The translations under genes and the position numbers were made by a program. A model generated the notes under the pieces. The model was not told where the DNA came from. It worked only from the letters and a program-made list of their open reading frames with translations, and searched no databases. Below are positions 29,473 through 38,337 of a stretch of 64,000 nt of DNA, one piece after another. The DNA is taken from the NCBI GenBank assembly GCA_047602405.1, contig JASGHJ010000002.1, positions 3,040,001-3,104,000 of the forward strand, given 5' to 3'. This DNA is from Anaeromyxobacteraceae bacterium. Lineage in GTDB: Bacteria; Myxococcota; Myxococcia; Myxococcales; Anaeromyxobacteraceae. Position 1 is the first letter of the stretch, and every line of letters starts with the position of its first letter.

Positions 29473-30389
29473 CCGCCCGGAGGCGGCTCCGGAGGGAAGC
29501 CCCGGACCGGCCGCGCCCCGCCCCCGGAGATGGGCTTCAGGACCGCCACGAGCGTCCCGTCCGGGAGGAGCGCCCGCAGCAGCGGCCCGGGCGGCACCGG
29601 CCGCCTCAGGAAGCGGCCGCACCACAGGTCCTGGGCCTCGCCGGCATCGACCGGGACCGCCGGCAGGAGCCGGAGCGCCTCGCCCGCGGGCAGGAGCCGG
29701 CGGCGCAGGGCATCCGGGTCGGCCCGACCCAGGGCGAGGGCCTCCTCGAGCGGGATCGCGATTGAGAGGTCGAAGCCGGACGCCTCGGTGCGGCGGAGCC
29801 CGGCCAGGTGGGCGGGGACGCCGAGCCGACGGCCGAGCTCGGCGGCCAGGGTGCGCACGTAGGTGCCCTTGCCGCAGCGGACGGCGAGCCTCGCGACGAG
29901 GTGCCCGGCCGCGGGCGCCGGCGCGAGCTCCACGAGCTCGAGCGCGTGCACCACCACCCGCCGCGGCGTGCGGTCGACCTCCTCGCCGGCGCGCGCGGCC
30001 TCGAAGAGGCGGCGGCCGCCGACGCGGACCGCCGAGTACATCGGGGGCACCTGGTCGAGCTCGCCGACGAGGCCGGGGAGCGCCGCGCGGAGGGCGGCCT
30101 CCGTCACGGCGGACGGGTCACCGCGCTCGACGACCTCGCCCTCCCCGTCCTCGGTGGTGGTCGAGGTGCCGAACGCGACGGTGGCGAGGTACGCCTTGTC
30201 GCCGTCGGTGAGGTACTGCTGCAGCTTCACGGCGTCGCCGACGCACACCGCGAGCACGCCGGTGGCGGTCGGGTCGAGCGTGCCGGCGTGGCCGGCCTTC
30301 GCGGCGCCGAGCGCGCGGCGGACCTCGGCCACCACCTCGTGGCTGGTCGGGCCGGCCGGCTTGTCGATGACGAGGAGTCCACCCTTCAC
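29469..30389 (-). CDS. truB: tRNA pseudouridine(55) synthase
   Basis: IDKPAGPTSH, GHAGTLDP, QVPPMYSA, CGKGTYVRTL. Confidence 0.96.
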   Translation of the reverse strand: MKGGLLVIDKPAGPTSHEVVAEVRRALGAAKAGHAGTLDPTATGVLAVCVGDAVKLQQYLTDGDKAYLATVAFGTSTTTEDGEGEVVERGDPSAVTEAALRAALPGLVGELDQVPPMYSAVRVGGRRLFEAARAGEEVDRTPRRVVVHALELVELAPAPAAGHLVARLAVRCGKGTYVRTLAAELGRRLGVPAHLAGLRRTEASGFDLSIAIPLEEALALGRADPDALRRRLLPAGEALRLLPAVPVDAGEAQDLWCGRFLRRPVPPGPLLRALLPDGTLVAVLKPISGGGARPVRGFPPEPPPGG

Positions 30390-30399
30390 GGCGTGGCCT

Positions 30400-30762
30400 T
30401 CACTTGCCCGCGTCCTTCTCGCGCGCCTCCTTGAGGAGGCGCTCGATGCGGTCGCCGCGCTCGACCGACTCGTCGTAGACGAAGCGCAGGTGCGGGGTGT
30501 GGCGCAGGCGCAGGTTCCGCGAGACCTCGCGCTGGAGGAACCCTGCAGCGGCGGCGAGCCCCTGCATGGTGCGGTCGCGCTCGGCCTCCGGCGCGTGGAT
30601 GGAGACGTACACGGTCGCCTCGCGCAGGTCGGGCGACATCTTCGCGCCGGTGACGGTCACGAACCCGGTGACGCGCGGGTCCTTGATGCCGCCCCTCGCG
30701 AGGATGGCGGTGAGCTCGTGCCGGAACTCCTCGGCGACGCGGGCGGGGCGATCGTGGGCCAT
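30400..30762 (-). CDS. rbfA: Ribosome-binding factor A
   Basis: MAHDRPARVAEE, IKDPRV, LRHTPHLRFVYDES. Confidence 0.95.
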   Translation of the reverse strand: MAHDRPARVAEEFRHELTAILARGGIKDPRVTGFVTVTGAKMSPDLREATVYVSIHAPEAERDRTMQGLAAAAGFLQREVSRNLRLRHTPHLRFVYDESVERGDRIERLLKEAREKDAGK

Positions 30763-30770
30763 GTGCGGTT

Positions 30771-31145
30771 CTACCTCGGGTTCTCGTCGTCGTCGCGCCA
30801 GCCGTCGACGTCGGCCAGCGTTCCACCGCCGCCGTCCGTGCCGAGGCCGTCCGGGTAGGACTCGACCTCCACGTCCTGCCCGGTGATCATGATCTGCCCG
30901 CCGTGCATGGAGCCGACGAAGTCGGCCACCTTGTCGAGCGACTCGCGCACGAACGCGGCGTCGTTGCCCACCGCGGTCACGCCCACCACGCTCTTCTGCC
31001 ACAGGTCGTTCTCGGCGACCTCGGCGATCGAGACGTTGAACTTCGCCTTCACCCGGTCGATGGCCGAGCGCACGAGGTGGCGCTTCGACTTCAGGGAGCC
31101 GGGCTCGGGCAGGTGGAGGGTGAGGCGCAGCACGCCGACGAACAT
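30771..31145 (-). CDS. ylxP: DUF503 (YlxP-like) protein
   Basis: SLKSKRHLVRS..KFNVSIAEV..DLWQ; usual position upstream of rbfA. Confidence 0.85.
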   Translation of the reverse strand: MFVGVLRLTLHLPEPGSLKSKRHLVRSAIDRVKAKFNVSIAEVAENDLWQKSVVGVTAVGNDAAFVRESLDKVADFVGSMHGGQIMITGQDVEVESYPDGLGTDGGGGTLADVDGWRDDDENPR

Positions 31146-31204
31146 TGGGGGGCGGAGTCTAATCCTTCCGGGGGCTCAAGTCAGGAGGAACGGACTGCCG
31201 CCCC

Positions 31205-31546
31205 TCACTCCAGCCGCCGCGACACGAGCAGCACCTCCATCTCGCCCATCGAGCACTCCTCGCTCGACACCGGGTTCACCGTGATCACCTCCAGGATCCC
31301 GCCGGTGCGCAGGAAGAACCGGATGTCGTGGACCTGGGTGAAGCGGTCCTTCCCGTCGTCGCCGGAGGCGAGGCGGGTCACCTCGGTGCGGTCGAGGTCG
31401 ACGGCGGTCCGCTCCGCGAGGCCGGCGTCCACCACGGCGTCGAGGGCGAACCGCGCCGGGAAGCGACCCCGGCCGGTGCAGTCGGGCGGCTCGGCCCGGG
31501 CGGTGGCGGCGAAGAAGAAGGCGAGCGTCGCGAGCTTCGTGCGAAT
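31205..31546 (-). CDS. Small secreted two-Cys hypothetical protein without a canonical start at its signal peptide (possible ATT start or pseudogene)
   Basis: IRTKLATLAFFFAATARA-EPPDC...VTRLAS..KDRFTQVH..VITVNPVSSEECSM; host-like codons only from ~31546 downward. Confidence 0.6.
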   Translation of the reverse strand: MRTKLATLAFFFAATARAEPPDCTGRGRFPARFALDAVVDAGLAERTAVDLDRTEVTRLASGDDGKDRFTQVHDIRFFLRTGGILEVITVNPVSSEECSMGEMEVLLVSRRLE

Positions 31547-31859
31547 GTCCTCGGGGAGCGCAGCTTCCGGGCCGGGGCGGCGAACGCGAGGCGGTGCGAG
31601 CGGTTGCGCGAAGATGTGGCCGGCGGGACGCACGGTGTCTCTCGCCGGATGGAGCGAGGCCGAGAACCGGCACGCAAGCCGCCGTGGCACTCCGCCGTCC
31701 CCACCCTCCTTCGGAGGCGAGAGACAGAGGCGGGGGACCGGTCCTCGGGGGCGTGCAGCTTCACGCAGAGTCACTCCCGCCAGCGGGAGTAACTGGATGT
31801 TCTGGGTGCCGTGCCACCCGCCCTCGAGATCTGCCGAATTCAAGATGGGCGTGGGGCCG

Positions 31860-31971
31860 CCCCTCGTCTCCGCTGCCCCTCGTCTCCGCTGCCCCTCGTC
31901 TCCGCTGCCCCTCGTCTCCGCTGCCCCTCGTCTCCGCTGCCCCTCGTCTCCGCTGCCCCTCGTCTCCGCTG
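31860..31971. repeat. Perfect tandem repeat, 7 x 16 bp (CCCCTCGTCTCCGCTG)
   Basis: Seven identical units counted, starting at 31860, 31876, 31892, 31908, 31924, 31940, 31956. Confidence 0.97.
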
Positions 31972-32004
31972 CCGCTTCGCGGCAGCTACGCTCGGGGTGA
32001 ACGG
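31957..32004. repeat. REP-like dispersed hairpin element, copy 2
   Basis: CCCTCGTCTCC-GCTGCCGC-ttc-GCGGCAGC-TACGCTCGGG-gtgaacgg. Confidence 0.85.
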
Positions 32005-32051
32005 AGAGCGATTTCGCCCGTGCGGACGAGGTCCCGGCCGCGAAAGCGCCC

Positions 32052-32093
32052 GAAAACACACCGGGCGGCCACGCTCCTCGCGCAGCCGCCCGG
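32052..32093 (-). terminator. Putative intrinsic terminator after infB
   Basis: CCGGGCGGC...GCCGCCCGG stem followed by TGTGTTTTC on the minus strand, 25 bp after the infB stop. Confidence 0.55.
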
Positions 32094-32117
32094 CGGTGAA
32101 CCTGGAACCTCGAACGG

Positions 32118-34922
32118 CTAGTCGAGCGAAGGGCGCAGCTCCTCGAGCTCGAAGACCTCGAGCTGGTCGCCGGCCTTCACGTCCGGGAAGTCGACGCCGA
32201 TGCCGCACTCGAGCGGCGCCGCGACCTCGCGGACGTCGTCCTTGAGCCGCTTCAGCGAGGTCACCTTGCCGGTGAACACCACCTTGCGGTCGCGGAGGAC
32301 GCGCGCGTTGGCGTTGCGCTTCACGACACCCTCGGTCACCGCGGAGCCGGCGATGGGGCCGAGCTTCGGGATGTTGAAGAGCGCGCGGACCTCGGCCTTC
32401 CCGAGCGGCTTCTCCCGGATGATGGGCTCGAGGAGGTTGATCATCTCGTCGCGGATCTTGTCGACGGCCTCGTAGATGATGCTGAACAGCAAGATCTTCG
32501 CGCCCTGCTGGCTCGCCATCTGCGCGACCTTCACCTCGGGCTTCGTGTTGAAGCCCACGATGACCGCGCTGCCCGCCGCGGCGGTGAGGATGTCGGACTC
32601 GGTGATGGCGCCGACGCCGGAGCTGAGGATGCGGATCCCCACCTTCTTGGTGGCCGCCTTCTCGAGCGCCTGCTTCACGGCCTCGGCCGAGCCCTGCACG
32701 TCGGCCTTCACGACGACGTTGAGCACCTTCGCGGCGTTGGTCTTCGCCTTCGCGAACAGGTCCTCGAGGGTGGCCTTCTTCGAGACCCCGAGCTCCTTCT
32801 GGCGGGCCTTCAGGGCCCGGTGCTCGGCGACCTCCTTCGCGGCGTTCTCGTCCTCGACGACGTTGAACTCGTCGCCGGCGACGGGCACGCCGGACAGGCC
32901 CAGCACCTCGACCGGGTAGCCGGGGCCGACGTCGTCCACCTGCTCGCCGCGCTCGTTCATCATGGCGCGGACGCGGCCGTGGTGGATGCCGGTGACGATC
33001 GGGTCGCCGACGCGGAGGGTGCCCTCCTCGACGAGGACGGTCGCGACCGGGCCGCGGCCCTTCTCGAGCTTCGCCTCGATGACGCGGCCGGCGGCGAGCG
33101 TCTCGGGGTTCGACTTGAGCTCGAGCACCTCGGACTGCAGCGAGATGTACTCGAGGAGCTCGGGGATGCCCTGCTTCGTGCGGGCGGAGACGGGCACCAT
33201 GATGGTGGTGCCGCCCCACTGCTCGGCCACGAGCTCGTACTCGGTGAGCTGCTGCATGACGCGCTCGGGCGTCGCGCCCGGCTTGTCGATCTTGTTGATG
33301 GCGACGAGGATCGTCACCCCGGCGGCCTTCGCCGCCTTGATCGACTCGATGGTCTGCGGCATCACGCCGTCGTCCGCCGCCACCACCAGCACGACGAGGT
33401 CGGTCACCGCGGCGCCGCGCTGGCGCATGGCGGTGAAGGCCTCGTGGCCGGGGGTGTCGAGGAAGGTGATCGGGCCGTGCGGCGTGTTCACCGCGTAGGC
33501 GCCGATGTGCTGGGTGATGCCGCCGGCCTCGCCGGAGGCGACGTCGGCCTCGCGGATGGCGTCGAGGAGCGAGGTCTTGCCGTGGTCGACGTGGCCCATG
33601 ACGGTCACGACCGGCGGGCGGATGACGAGCTTCGACTCGTCGACCTCGACCTCGGGGATGAACTCCTCGACCTCGAAGCCCTTCTTCTCGACCGTGAAGC
33701 CCTTCTCGAGGGCGAGCACCGCGGCCGTGTCGGCGTCGATCTGGGCGTTGATGGTGACCATCTTGCCCGACTGCATGAGCTTGCGGATGAGATCGGCGGC
33801 CTTCACGCCCATGGCCTGCGACAGCTCGGAGACCGAGATCGACTCCTCGATCCGGATCACCTTCTTGTGCTCGGCGCGCTCGGTGATCTGCGTCTTGGCT
33901 CCCTTCTTGGTCGGCTTCTTCTTCTTGCCGCGGATGGGGATGTAGGTGCGGTCGGCGGTCGCGGCCTGGAGGAGCTCGCGGCCGGACATGTTCTTCGCGG
34001 CCTCCTCCGACACCGGGCGGCCGGTGCCGCGGCCCTTCTTCTTGTCGCGGCTGACGTCGATGAACTCGCGCTCGCGCCCGAGCATGCCCGGGACGACCTT
34101 GAGCTCGCGGACGGCGCCGAGGGCGCGGGGCCCGGGGGCCATCGGGAAGTTGCCGGGCGCGCGGGTCGGCGGCGTCACGCGGCGGACCGGGATGGTCGGG
34201 CGCGAGATGACGACGGCCTGCGTGGCCGTCGGGCGCAGCGTGCGCGGGTCGACCGGCGGGCGCGGCGGCACGGCGGGCGCGTGCGGCGCGCCGGCGGCCA
34301 TCGGCGCGTGCGCGCCGGCCGGGTGCGCCGCGGCCGGATGTGCGGCGGCCGGGTGCGCCGCCGGCGCGTGCGGCGCGGGCGGGTGGGCGACGGGCGCGTG
34401 CGGCGCGGGCGCCGGGGCCCTCGGGGCGGCGGCCGCCGGGGCCGGCGCCGCGGCGGGCGCGGGCGGCGTCACGGTCGCGCCGGCGGCGGGGGCGGCCTCG
34501 GGCGCGGCGGCAGCGGCCGGGGACGGCTCGGGCGCGGCCTGGGCCGCGATGGCCGGGGCGGCGGGCTCCGGGGCGGCGACCGGCTCGGGCGCGGGCGCCT
34601 CGACGGGCTCCGGCTCCGGCGCCGCGACCGGCTCGGGCGCGGCCGCGACGGGGGCCGGCGCGGGCGCCGGGGCGGGCGCGTCGTGCGCGCGCTTGCGGAC
34701 GACGAAGCCCGGGCCGGACGGCTTGACGGGCGCCGGCTTGGGCTTCTTCTCGTTGAGGATGCGCTCGTACGCGGAAGCCGCCTGGTCGTCCTCCAGCGTG
34801 GACGAGTGGCTCTTCACGTCGTAGCCGAGCGCGTGGAGCTTGTCGACGAGCTCCTGGTTGCTGAGCTCGATCCCGTGCTCCTTGAGCTGCTTTCCGAGCT
34901 CGTGGACCCGCTTCTTGGACAT
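32118..34922 (-). CDS. infB: Translation initiation factor IF-2
   Basis: RPPVVTVMGHVDHGKTSLLD, FLDTPGHEAF, INKID; Pro/Ala-rich N-terminal linker. Confidence 0.98.
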   Translation of the reverse strand: MSKKRVHELGKQLKEHGIELSNQELVDKLHALGYDVKSHSSTLEDDQAASAYERILNEKKPKPAPVKPSGPGFVVRKRAHDAPAPAPAPAPVAAAPEPVAAPEPEPVEAPAPEPVAAPEPAAPAIAAQAAPEPSPAAAAAPEAAPAAGATVTPPAPAAAPAPAAAAPRAPAPAPHAPVAHPPAPHAPAAHPAAAHPAAAHPAGAHAPMAAGAPHAPAVPPRPPVDPRTLRPTATQAVVISRPTIPVRRVTPPTRAPGNFPMAPGPRALGAVRELKVVPGMLGREREFIDVSRDKKKGRGTGRPVSEEAAKNMSGRELLQAATADRTYIPIRGKKKKPTKKGAKTQITERAEHKKVIRIEESISVSELSQAMGVKAADLIRKLMQSGKMVTINAQIDADTAAVLALEKGFTVEKKGFEVEEFIPEVEVDESKLVIRPPVVTVMGHVDHGKTSLLDAIREADVASGEAGGITQHIGAYAVNTPHGPITFLDTPGHEAFTAMRQRGAAVTDLVVLVVAADDGVMPQTIESIKAAKAAGVTILVAINKIDKPGATPERVMQQLTEYELVAEQWGGTTIMVPVSARTKQGIPELLEYISLQSEVLELKSNPETLAAGRVIEAKLEKGRGPVATVLVEEGTLRVGDPIVTGIHHGRVRAMMNERGEQVDDVGPGYPVEVLGLSGVPVAGDEFNVVEDENAAKEVAEHRALKARQKELGVSKKATLEDLFAKAKTNAAKVLNVVVKADVQGSAEAVKQALEKAATKKVGIRILSSGVGAITESDILTAAAGSAVIVGFNTKPEVKVAQMASQQGAKILLFSIIYEAVDKIRDEMINLLEPIIREKPLGKAEVRALFNIPKLGPIAGSAVTEGVVKRNANARVLRDRKVVFTGKVTSLKRLKDDVREVAAPLECGIGVDFPDVKAGDQLEVFELEELRPSLD

Positions 34923-34933
34923 TGCGTTGACTC

Positions 34934-35218
34934 CTAATCCTTACGCGCGTTTCCCGTCAACCCGACGCGGAGCGCCGACTCGTCCACCGCCACGTCGAGG
35001 CGACGGAGCGCCCGGGGGATCGCGCGCCGCTTCACGGCCGCGGACAGGCAGGCCTCGCGCCCGTGCAGCCAGGCGCCCCGCCCTCCCCGCGTCTTCTCGC
35101 GATCCACGATCACCCGGTTCTCCTCCACCGCGATCCTCACCAGCACCGACCGTTCGGCCCGCTTCCCGCAGCCCAGGCAGGTCCGGACGGGACCTGCGCT
35201 CGGGGTGAGCGGACTCAG
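34934..35218 (-). CDS. ylxR: YlxR (DUF448) protein; start uncertain (CTG overlapping the nusA stop)
   Basis: PVRTCLGC..LVRI..GRGAWLH..CL; between nusA and infB. Confidence 0.85.
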   Translation of the reverse strand: MSPLTPSAGPVRTCLGCGKRAERSVLVRIAVEENRVIVDREKTRGGRGAWLHGREACLSAAVKRRAIPRALRRLDVAVDESALRVGLTGNARKD

Positions 35219-36876
35219 ATGGGCGCCCCGCCGCGCAGCTTCTCGGCGTCGAGCTCGGCGCGGAGCTTCGCCTCCTCCTCGAGGTAGACGCCCGCGGCGT
35301 GCTTGATCTGCCGGACCTTCTTGATCCCGAGCCCGCTCGAGTCGGCCAGCTTGTTCATGTCGGTCTCGGCGTGGATCGCCTCGACCGTCGGGTAGCCGGC
35401 GTTCTTGAGCGCCTCGATGGTCTTCTCGCCGACGCCGCGCACCCGGGCCATCCGCTCCTCCTGCGAGAGCGAGTCGGGGTGCCGGCGCGCCTCGGCGATG
35501 CGGGCCGCCTCGCGCTCCTGCTCGAGCTGCATCTCCTTCTCGGCGTCCACGATGGCCTGCTCGCGGGCCCGCTTCTGCAGGTCCGGGATCATGTCCATCG
35601 TGAAGCCCGGGAACTGGGTCAGCATCTCGGGCGCGGCGTTGGCGACGTCCTGCGCCTTGCGGAAGCCGTGGGCGTAGAGCATCTCCTGCGTCTGCTCGGG
35701 GATCTCGATCGCGCCGAAGCTCTCGATCGCGAACTCGTGCATCTCCTTCACGCGCGACTCGGAGTTGATGTCGAGCTTCCACCCGGTGAGCTGGGAGGCG
35801 AGGCGCACGTTCTGGCCGCGGCGGCCGATGGCCAGCGAGAGCTGGTCGTCGGGGACGATGATCTCCATCGCGCCGTTCTGCTCGTCGAGGAGCACGCGGC
35901 TGACCTCGGCGGGCGCGAGCGCGTTGCACACGAAGCGGGCTGGGTCCTCGTCCCAGGGGACGATGTCGATCTTCTCGCCGCGGAGCTCCTGCACGACCGC
36001 CTGCACGCGGGAGCCCTTCATGCCGACGCAGGCGCCGACCGGGTCGACGTCGCTGTCGCGCGAGGAGACCGCGATCTTGGCGCGGCCGCCCGGCTCGCGG
36101 GCGGCGGCCTCGATGACCACCACGCCCTCGGCGATCTCGGGCACCTCCATCTCGAACAGCTTGCGGAGGAGCTCGACCGAGGCGCGGCTGAGGATGATCT
36201 GCGGCCCCTTCGACTCGCGGAGCACGTCGACCACGAACGCCTGGACCCGGTCGCCGGCGCGGTAGCTCTCGCGCGGCACCTGCTCGCGGACCGGGAGCAC
36301 CGCCTCGGCGCGGCCGAGGTCGACGATGACGTTGCCGCGCTCGAAGCGCCGCACGATGCCGGTGATGACCTCGCCCTTGCGGTCCTTGTACTCGTTGAAG
36401 ACGTTCTCGCGCTCGGCGTTGCGCGTCCCCTGGATCATGACCTGCTTCGCGGTCTGGGCCGCGATGCGCCCGAACGAGCGCCGGTAGGTCTTGAGCTTCA
36501 GGAGATCGCCCCACTGCTCGTCCTGGGCGCGCGCCTCGGCCTCGTCCTCGGACCGGTAGTAGATCGGGAAGTCGAGCTCGTCGCCCGGCTCCACCTCGAT
36601 GCCCTTCTCGTGCGCGACCGACACCGGGATCATGTTCACCGGGTCGGCGATGGGCGCCTCCTCGGTCGGCTCGGCCACGATGGTGAGGACCTGGAAGAGG
36701 TCGACCTGGCCCTTGTCCTCGTCGTACTTCGCCTTGACGTTCCGCTCCATGCCGAAGTGGCGCTTGGCGGCGGAGGCGATCGCCTCCTCGAGGATCTCGA
36801 TCAGCTTGGGCCGATCGATGCCCTTGTCCTTGGCGACCTGGTCGAGGATGAGGTTCAGGTTCACGTTCTGCTGCAT
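35215..36876 (-). CDS. nusA: Transcription termination factor NusA with C-terminal HhH extension
   Basis: [46 protein letters not shown]. Confidence 0.98.
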   Translation of the reverse strand: MQQNVNLNLILDQVAKDKGIDRPKLIEILEEAIASAAKRHFGMERNVKAKYDEDKGQVDLFQVLTIVAEPTEEAPIADPVNMIPVSVAHEKGIEVEPGDELDFPIYYRSEDEAEARAQDEQWGDLLKLKTYRRSFGRIAAQTAKQVMIQGTRNAERENVFNEYKDRKGEVITGIVRRFERGNVIVDLGRAEAVLPVREQVPRESYRAGDRVQAFVVDVLRESKGPQIILSRASVELLRKLFEMEVPEIAEGVVVIEAAAREPGGRAKIAVSSRDSDVDPVGACVGMKGSRVQAVVQELRGEKIDIVPWDEDPARFVCNALAPAEVSRVLLDEQNGAMEIIVPDDQLSLAIGRRGQNVRLASQLTGWKLDINSESRVKEMHEFAIESFGAIEIPEQTQEMLYAHGFRKAQDVANAAPEMLTQFPGFTMDMIPDLQKRAREQAIVDAEKEMQLEQEREAARIAEARRHPDSLSQEERMARVRGVGEKTIEALKNAGYPTVEAIHAETDMNKLADSSGLGIKKVRQIKHAAGVYLEEEAKLRAELDAEKLRGGAPI

Positions 36877-36878
36877 GG

Positions 36879-37394
36879 TCAGTCCTTCCTGCGGAGATCG
36901 GCCTCGACGTCGTACTCGAGGTGGGCCTTCGCGATCCGGTCGTGCGGAATGCGGTGGAGGGTGCCGTCCACGTCGACGAGGACGGCGCGGTCCTCGTACC
37001 CGCGGAGCACGCCGGTCCAGCTCTTGCGGGCGGGGGAGCCCGGCGCCGTGTCCGCGAGCGGACCGTACGCCTTCACCACCACCCGCTGGCCGGCCCAGCG
37101 GACGAAGTGCTCGGGCTTGCGGAGCGGCCGGTCGAGGCCCGGCGACGAGACCTCGAGGTCGTACGCCGGCTCGATGAAGTCCTCGACGTCGAGCATGGGC
37201 TCGACCGTGCGCGAGACGGTCTGGCAGTCGTCGACGCCGACGCCCCCCTCGCGGTCGATGAAGAGGCGCAGCGTCCACCGGCCGCCGCCGCGGCTCCACT
37301 CCACCTCGACGAGCTCGTAGCCGTCGCGCAGGAGCACGGGCTCGAGGAGAGCTCGCGCGCGCTCGGCGATGTTGTCCTGGGCAATCCCGGACAT
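36879..37394 (-). CDS. rimP: Ribosome maturation factor RimP
   Basis: GYELVEVE, LRLFID, YDLEVSSPGLDRPL. Confidence 0.96.
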   Translation of the reverse strand: MSGIAQDNIAERARALLEPVLLRDGYELVEVEWSRGGGRWTLRLFIDREGGVGVDDCQTVSRTVEPMLDVEDFIEPAYDLEVSSPGLDRPLRKPEHFVRWAGQRVVVKAYGPLADTAPGSPARKSWTGVLRGYEDRAVLVDVDGTLHRIPHDRIAKAHLEYDVEADLRRKD

Positions 37395-37413
37395 CGTTGG
37401 TTTCAGCGCTCCC

Positions 37414-37447
37414 AAAAACAAAAAAGTGGGCCGACCGCGCCCACTTT
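37414..37447 (-). promoter_or_regulatory. rimP leader terminator/attenuator-like hairpin
   Basis: AAAGTGGGC-gcggtcg-GCCCACTTT followed by TTTGTTTTT, ~20 nt before the rimP start; TTGACG-17-TACTCA lies upstream (37487-37515). Confidence 0.7.
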
Positions 37448-37586
37448 CGGCCCCGGCGCCCGCCGGGTCTCGAAAATGTGGGTGGGTGAGTAACAGACCC
37501 CGACGGACGCGTCAAGGAACGCCCGGGAGCCCGCCGGCCCGGCAGCGCCGACGAGAATGGCCAGTCCCCGCGAGGGGTTGCGTCGC

Positions 37587-38337
37587 TCAGGCCGGCAGCT
37601 TCAGGTGCAGGAGCCACTCCCGGTTGCCGGCCGGCCCCTCGATCGGGCTCTCGGCGTGCCCGAGCACGAGGAAGCCGAGCAGGCGCGCCGCCTCCGACAC
37701 CGCCTCGAGCGCCTCCCGGCGCTTCCCGTCGTCCCGGACCACGCCGCCCTTGCCGACCTCGCCCTTCCCCACCTCGAACTGCGGCTTCACGAGCAGGACC
37801 GCCTCGCCGCCCGGCCGCAGCACGTCCCTCACGGCGGGCAGGACGAGCTTCAGCGAGATGAAGGAGGAGATCGCCCACCACGAGCTCGACCCGCTCGCCG
37901 AGCGCGGCCGCGGTGAGGTGGCGGGCGTTCTCGCGCTCCCGCACCACCACCCGCGGGTCGTCGCGCAGCTTCGGGTGGAGCTGGCCGTAGCCGACGTCGA
38001 CCGCGTACACCCTCGCGGCGCCGCGCTGCAGGAGGAGGTCGGTGAAGCCGCCCGTCGAGGCGCCCAAATCGGCGCAGGTCTTCCCGGCGGGATCGAGCGG
38101 GAACGCCGCGAGCGCGCCCTCGAGCTTCAGGGCGCCGCGCGAGACGAACCGCTTCGGCGCGGCGTCCTCCTTGAGGCGGATGGGCGCGGCGGGGTCGACC
38201 AGCGCGCCGGGCTTGTCGACCCGGGCCTCGCCCACCACCACCGCGCCCGCGATCACGAGCGCCTGCGCCTGCGTGCGCGAGGCGGCGAGGCCGCGCTCGA
38301 CGAGCACGAGGTCGATCCGCTCGCGCCGCGGCTTCAC
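37587..38337 (-). CDS. tlyA: TlyA-family rRNA methyltransferase; +1 frameshift at ~37866
   Basis: FVSRGALKL, DLGASTGGFTD, AVDVGYGQL; corrected DLSFISL, LVKPQFE, SPIEGPAGNREW. Length 751 = 3n+1. Confidence 0.93.

Noticed and set aside
31860..31971. 16-bp array as a CRISPR
   Set aside because: Units are contiguous with no spacers, too short, and no cas genes are in the window.
34240..34700. Repetitive Pro/Ala/His tract in infB as an inserted element
   Set aside because: In frame; variable low-complexity N-terminal linkers are normal for IF-2.
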